DNA of 64,000 bases from the human T2T-CHM13v2.0 reference genome, Homo sapiens. A program made the position numbers and the translations under genes. The DNA is taken from assembly GCF_009914755.1 (NCBI RefSeq), contig NC_060947.1; one strand, written 5' to 3'. The notes under the pieces were generated by a model. The model was not told the origin of the DNA and ran no database searches. It worked only from the letters and a program-made list of their open reading frames with translations. This document shows positions 55,607 through 64,000 of this stretch, in pieces (positions within the stretch are counted from its first letter, which is position 1; every line of letters begins with the position of its first letter).

Positions 55607-56674
55607 TCCCTTGGCACTGATTCAGATCAGTGGGCAGCTTCTGGGAAGCCACCTGACCTGCATTAGGAGGCTGAAGGGCACCAGAACTTTAGCTTGAGGG
55701 TGGCCTCAAAGCTTCCCGTGGCCTCAAAGGTGCCACGGCATGATGCACAGCCAGGCTGAAGAGCTTTCTGGGTCTGTGGGTGCTAAGAGCCAGGGGCCTT
55801 CATAGCTTTATGCGGGCAGTGCCCCCTTGTCACAGCTTTTGGCGAATCTTCAGAATGCTCATCAGTAGGTGCAGTCATTCCCGCACACACCTCAGGCCAG
55901 GGCAGCTTCTCACCACAGTAACGGAGCACGCCATTGTCTTAGCAGAAAAACAAACTTAGGAAACAGAAGCTTAGCCACTTGTGCACTAGTAATGTAATAG
56001 ATCACACTGGCATTCACTCCCCCAATTCCTCTTTCAGGGAATGACCCAACCCAGCCCTGCTCATCCCAAACTAATGACCACAACAACCTATATGTGCCTC
56101 TCGCTTTGCACTGATGGCGTCACTGGGGGAGCGTTGAGTCTAACTATTGCACTATGTGTTTTCTCCGTTTCCCTGATCTGAAACTGTAGGCTTCCAGATA
56201 CCAAGACAGGTGCCCCAGGCCAGTCTCTGAAGTGATGATGCTGCAGGTGGGCCGGGCCTTGACCTCAGCACAGCTCACCAGCAGCAGCGCCTTGCCAGGG
56301 CCATGTGCTGCCAAATTGCGCCACCGGAGCCGAAGGAGAGGAAAGGTCTAAGGAGACGTCATAAAGATCTCCATCTCGATAGCACAGCAGCCTCCTCTTA
56401 TGGACATGCGGGTGTTTTGGTTTCTTTCAACATGTACCCACTGTGGCATTTTTCAGGATGCCTGGGGGTCTTCAGCTAACTTTCCATCCACACCACCCTG
56501 CCTCCCCCACTGCCCCTCTCTACCCTACCCCAAACCTTCCTTCTGTTTTAAATGCTGCCCCCGAGGGTCACTGACTGGTTTGCCTCCTGATAAGGATATC
56601 AAAACACCTTTTACCCCTAATCCTCAAGATACCTAAAAGAATGAGTCTTCAGAACATCTATTTTAAAAATTATT

Positions 56675-56965
<291 letters not shown>

Positions 56966-57521
56966 TTATTAGAGAAACAGTGGCTGAGTAATAATAAGGA
57001 AGAAAACGCAAGTAAAACAGTGAAAGGAATGTTATTTCAAAATGATTGAGTTTCCCACTTAGAGAGCAACACTTCAAATGTGGTGCATTCCCTTACAGGC
57101 TTTTTTCTATGCATGTTTTTTAAAATTATGAGATTGGAGAACAAGTAGTGTGTTTATAATACTGCATCTGTTGTTTTGTTTAATATTATACCAAAGCTAT
57201 TTCCCATAATGACAGTGACAAGGATGTTGCTGCTAACATCCATGGTAGCAAACACATACAGAAAGCTTGATATGGAACAGAGACCATCTTTGTGCTTTCC
57301 TGGTATTGACTCATCACCCTGTATTATCGAAATATGACTATATTTTTACATTATATAAATATGTATATATAATAACAGTCACTTAGTGTGTTGCTAATGT
57401 TATCATCCCTTATTACAGAATAGGAAACTGAGACACATAGGTTAAGAGACTAAGGAACTTGCCAAAAGTCACATTGCCTGCAAGGGCAGGGACAGTAGAG
57501 TTTTCACGATGCCTGTGGCAC

Positions 57522-57598
57522 TATACATATATATATATATACACACACACATATATATATACACACACATATATACATATACATATATACATATATAT

Positions 57599-57638
<40 letters not shown>

Positions 57639-57658
57639 CTTGATACGTATATATATAA
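57522..57658. repeat. Compound (TA)n/(CA)n microsatellite
   Basis: Read directly. Confidence 0.95.
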
Positions 57659-57957
57659 ATGAAGAGAGAGAGTGCACTAAAAACATCTGGCCCAGAGTAA
57701 GTATCCAGAAGTATGAGTTTTTATTCTCACATCTCTGAACTTCTGCTTTCTGCTCTTCCCCATTATTCCTTGCCCCTGTCTGCCCTAGACCTCTCTCCCT
57801 GCCCCGCACACCTTCACTTCCCCTCCACACTCCACTCTCTTCCCCCATTGCCCATTTCCTCTGACTCTGGATCTGAATAAATTGATACCATCTTCTCATG
57901 ATTTAGCTCAGAAAACATTAGTACCATAAGTCTTTCCTTAGATCAAAAATGAATTTA

Positions 57958-58246
57958 CTTTTTTGAGACAGGGTCTCACTCCCATTGCCCAGGCCAGAGT
58001 GTAGTGGTATGATCATGGTTCACTGCAGCCTTGACTTCCTGGGCTCAAGTAATCCTCCCACCTCAGACCCCTGAGTAGCTGGGAATACAGGCATGAACCA
58101 CCATGCCCAGCTTATTTTTTTATTCTTGTAGAGACAAGGTCTCACTACATTGCCCAGGATGATCTCGAACTCCTGGGCCCAAGCAATCCTCCTGCCTTGG
58201 CCTCCTAAGATTCTAGGATTATAGGTGTGAGCCATCATGCCTAGCC
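57958..58246 (-). mobile_element. AluJ
   Basis: Diverged full Alu. Confidence 0.88.
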
Positions 58247-61200
58247 AACAATAAACATTAATGGTAGAAGTAATCAACACAAGATACAACAGACGAGGTG
58301 AATACTATACAAAAAATAAAATACCACTAATAAAAATTCAACTGCTAACAGCTTCATATCTCCATCAGATTCAGATCTTCACAATTTGATGGAGGAGAGT
58401 TGGACTTAATAGAACTAATAGCAATAGAATAATCCATATGATAATAATTTTTGACCTTTAAATTTCACTCTTTAAATTATTTCTAAAAATTTATATGCTT
58501 TTGTGCTATCATTATCCAGTGACCACTTGCTTGTCCAAGCATTATACAAGTTACATGAAGAGGTCACTAGAGTTCTAATTTCCTAGAGAAATTTCCATTC
58601 AAATTTTCCATACAAGCTCATGATGATGAAACTCCAGCATTGCATTTAGGCTCCACGATACCCTGTAAGGAAAGCTGAATATTCATTATGCTAATAAAAT
58701 GTGCCCTCCCCCTGCCCCACAGACTCAGACCTTGAGTCCCAGAAGAGCTGAAGAGATAATCTAAACATCATCCAAGGGGTCAAAAGTAGACTTGACATCT
58801 GTCTCTCCAGAACATGCCCCAGGGAAATGCGGGAACAGCAACAATAACAGCTTAGAATTTATTGGAAACTGACCATATGCCAGGGACTGTCCAGACAACT
58901 GTACATGTCTTCACACAGTCAGTGCTCTAAACTGCCCCAAGAAGTAGATGACATTACTAGTAGTATTTCCATGGTACTAATGGAGAAAGGAAGCACAGAG
59001 ATGTTAAGGAACTTTCTCAGGGTCACCCAGCAGTGAGTGCTGGAACCAAGAGCCACGGGCATCGCGAAAACTCTACTGTGCTGCATATTAGTGCAATCAA
59101 GAGTAAGATCCAAAAGCTACTGCAAAATATTTAGAATTTTATAGCATGGGACTGCACAGGCAATAGATATTTGATTTCTTCAGAAATCTTTAAGAGATGG
59201 AGACTTGAAAGGACTGGTCTGGGTATCATTTGGAGATGGTGCCCTGAGTGTGTCATTACCATAACAGGCAGCACGTCAGTGTCGGTCTCCTCAGCTGAAG
59301 GTCTTGGGTTTGTACATCAGAGAACACATCAAACCTATCCCTTCCATACCTTCACAAAGGAGAAAGAAGCTGTGTCACTGGGAAAGGAGACTATTCTCCT
59401 GCTCTAGTATTGCTCAGACACGTTTCCATGAAAGTTAGAACCTAGGATCTTTTAAAAGTGCAGATTCCAGAACTCACACCCAGTGAGTCTCATGTAGTCC
59501 AAGGGAACTTTGCTGGCCAGCCTAGGGAACTTTCAGAAACCTTATTAAATCCCTTTGGTAGCAAGACTGTCTGCAATATACCCAGAAAAATATTCCCAGG
59601 ACAGACATGAGGTTCAGAAGAGCAACCTCAGAGCAAAGTAACACAGGACAAGATGAGCGCAGTGTGAGACTCACCGTAAGGGTAGGGCAGAGGGACTTTT
59701 GAGAAGGCCTCACAACTCCTACTGGCCTTTCTCCTTGAAGGCCTCAGTTTATCTCAAATCCCTTCTCTTCATGGGCAGTGAATGAAGGGGTCCCAGGAAA
59801 TGACCTTTTAGATCCCAAAATGGTATGGGCTCCTCTCAGGGACCACTGAACACATAGGATGGGAGGAGATGCAAGCTGTTGTCCCCCTCCCACCAGCCTT
59901 GGTTTCCTTCTTGCACCGTCATTTCCTTCAACGGGAGCCTAGAGCAATGTCAGGACTTAGGACCAATGTCTTCCCTTCACCAACAGACACCTGCCCCTCA
60001 CCTAAGGAGTTCGTCTCCCCTCTCCTCCCTCCAGCTGTCCTTCTCCTTCTCCCACAGCACACACCTGTCCCTGGCAGCCTGACGACCTAGCCTGGCCTGT
60101 TCCTCCTATGTCACAGCCTGGAGAGGGCTGTCCTCACTGAGAAGAAGGACACCAGTCCCAGGATCCCAGAGCCATGACTACCACAGAACCATCCTGAGCA
60201 TCAATGTCCCATGGCAGTGGTTGACCTTTGAAATGAAGCTTCACCACACACCCCAGCTGGCACTGAAACACTTTCTTATCACAAGAAAGCAACACAGAGG
60301 AACAAGGTTCCCGCAACCCCTCCTGGGGAACATTGTGTCCTTCTCCATGTTACTGTGCTGTTTCCTCTGTACCGACTGCAACATTCCTAAACTTTTGATG
60401 TTATTAAGAAGTTCTAGGATTCTTCTTTTAAATCCTAAACTTGTGGTTTGTAGTCAGAATATCATCGCCCATTTTGGGGCATTTTGGAAATTTCCAAGGG
60501 CAGCTTTGGGTGTTCAAATTATTGGAAGCGGCTACTGGCATTTGTGGAGTGAAGGTTACAGGGAGGCAAACAACTTTTTCCAGAGTCTTAAATAAACTGG
60601 ATTTTTTTCCATATATATCACTTCCCTGTAAACTGGGTGGCGGGGGCCGGGGCTTGTATGTTGCTTCACCTGGAAACTTACAAAGACTTATTGACTGCTT
60701 TAGAAATCACATCACTGCAGGGCATTCCATTCTTGGATTCCACTCTGACACAACATACCAGTATCAATTTGCTTTGTAGTGCTGCATGCCTGGGGGAAAC
60801 AATGAGGGGAATCCAACTTACCTACCAAAGGGATCATTTCCATGATAAGCTGTTAGTTGATGGGGAAAATCAAGCGGGAGATGTTGGTAGTGTGATCTCT
60901 CATTAGTTGGTGAACACACCGGCTATGCCCATTGCTGTTACTAAACTGAACTTCTCTTTGCAGGTGTATTTCCCTCACCAGGCTCTGTGGTCTCTCCTGG
61001 AAGGTTGGAAACATGCCCAGTAGATCCCTGAGTCCTCAGGATGGGATAGAGGACCTCACAGACAGAAAGAGGGCAGGGAACACTTATGGAATTGTAGTGA
61101 TCTCTACATGGTTGGATGACCAAACGCTGAGTCACAGTGATGAGCCCCATGGCTGGCAGTCTGCAGAGGGTGGGAGGAGAATGCCAGAGGCCTCTGCCTT

Positions 61201-61279
61201 AGGAGCCATGCAACAGAGTGAGACCAAAGTACTGATCTCAGCTATGCCCTTTAAGGGTCCCAGATGTAAGCAGCCTTTT

Positions 61280-61290
61280 GGTTAGGGTTC

Positions 61291-61358
<68 letters not shown>

Positions 61359-61710
61359 GGAGAGAGAGAGAGAGAGGCTGTGGGGGCTGGCAAGTCTAAA
61401 TTGTGCAGAGCAGAATGTCAGGCTGGAGACCCAGGGAAGAGGTAATGTAGCTCGAATCCAAGGGCAGTCTCGAGGCAGAATTTTTTCTTCATGGGGGGAT
61501 CCCAGTCTTTTTTTTTTTCTTTAAGACTTTCAAGTGATTGAATGAGGCCCAGCCACATCATGGAGTATAATTTGCATTACTCAAAGTCTACTGATTTTAA
61601 TGTTAGTCTCATCTTAAAAAACACCTTCACAGAGACACCTAGTCTGGTGTTTCAACAAATACCTGTGTACTGTGGCCAAGCCAAGTTGACACATCAAGTT
61701 TACCATCACA
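61280..61710 (-). mobile_element. MLT2 (ERVL) LTR containing (GT)~30 and (GA)n at 61294-61376
   Basis: ggctggagacccagggaagag...gattgaatgaggccca...aaaaaacaccttcacagagacacc...gccaagttgacacatcaagtttaccatcaca. Confidence 0.85.
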
Positions 61711-62529
61711 GCCAACTAATACAAATCCCAGTAACCATGAAGGTCTATCTTAGAAAGGCAGGTGACTTCCTAACTAAGATTGTGTATGAACCTTTTTTTG
61801 TCCAGCCCAAGTCTCCATTTCAGGCTCAGCACCAATCTGGACAGGAAACTGAAGCTGACATGAATGCCTTCCAGGGATGAGGCAGTGATGGAATAGTCAG
61901 GGCGCACATGCAAGTACAATCCCAGAAGGCACACGTGGTACCCCTGGACACCAAGACTTTACCCTTGTTAGGGCACCCCCAGCAGGACATACATTAGTCA
62001 GGCAGGAGCTGGCCAAGGCCCCCAGTGTGGCTTCCCACTGTGGGACTTTTCCCTCTAGGGTTCCTCGTCCATCCAAACAACTCATTTGTGTTCTTGGTTT
62101 CTGAGGGACTGACAGAAGGCAGTCAGTCCAGGTTCTGTTAACCATTGACACCAGTTCCTCCTCTTCACAAGCATGGATGACATCTGTAGATGTTCTGCAT
62201 GGGATGCTCAGGAGCTGGGTTGCCCCTACTGTCCCCTAGTTGCAGCTCTGTCAGGTGTAATTGTGCACTCGGCAGTCAGTATGATTTCAACATACTCACA
62301 GAAATTTAGGAAGGCTGAATGAGGAGCTTTTTTTTTTTTTCAGGAAAAGGGGAAGGTTTTCATGAACCATTTGAAAACCAGAGATCACTAATGTCCCCTC
62401 TCTCTGGCTTGACTCTTTCCACATGTCAGGTTTTGTGTTTTCTTCATTGTTAGAAAACCAGTGTGTACTAATCTGAAATCAAAACTTTCCACTTCTTACA
62501 AATCAAAACTACAATGAGATATCATCTCA

Positions 62530-63770
<1,241 letters not shown>

Positions 63771-64000
63771 ATATTTCCCCTCCAGCCTTCCCTGAAGGGG
63801 ATGGTCCCTCTAGCATTTATTACATTATAAGTATATAGCATTTCACATCAATTTTATCATACATCCAGATGCAGCAGCCATAAAACAAAAAAAAAGCTAT
63901 TTTTAATTCCTTTTTTTGGCTTTCATTGCAATTATAGGGTTAACATCATAGCTGCCAGGGGAGATTCTGTCTGGAAGGCTGGGAGGGGCTGCAGTAGCAG

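Noticed and set aside
55620-55935. Minus-strand ATG in good context followed by coding-like sequence
   Set aside because: Several in-frame stops and no identifiable parent gene.

Overview
Primate (almost certainly human) genomic DNA. The only protein-coding gene I can support is FAM156A/B (alias TMEM29; minus strand, intronless 213-aa CDS at 29126-28485), which from recall places the window at Xp11.22. The first 17.2 kb contain the centre of a large palindrome. Positions 1-1012 are a near-perfect inverted copy of 16227-17239 (the only difference I found is T19 vs A20), and the arms continue past the window start. Inside these arms lies an older, diverged pair of inverted arms (about 1013-3660 vs about 14530-16226). 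Each carries a CpG-island promoter that appears to point inward, and three Alus are present in the left copy only. The spacer holds a decayed minus-strand class I ERV with recognisable gag, RNase H, integrase and env motifs, interrupted by an L1MB-type and an L1PA-type element. The rest is FAM156A 5'UTR exons and CpG promoter, a solo LTR6-like element next to the promoter, and dense Alu, L1, L2, MaLR and MER4-group repeats. The leading observations are: FAM156A looks like a DPPA3/Stella paralogue with an internally duplicated NES-like module; the palindrome has two ages of arm; and a convergent promoter pair points across an ERV. Repeat subfamily names and comparisons to DPPA3 are from memory and were not searched.
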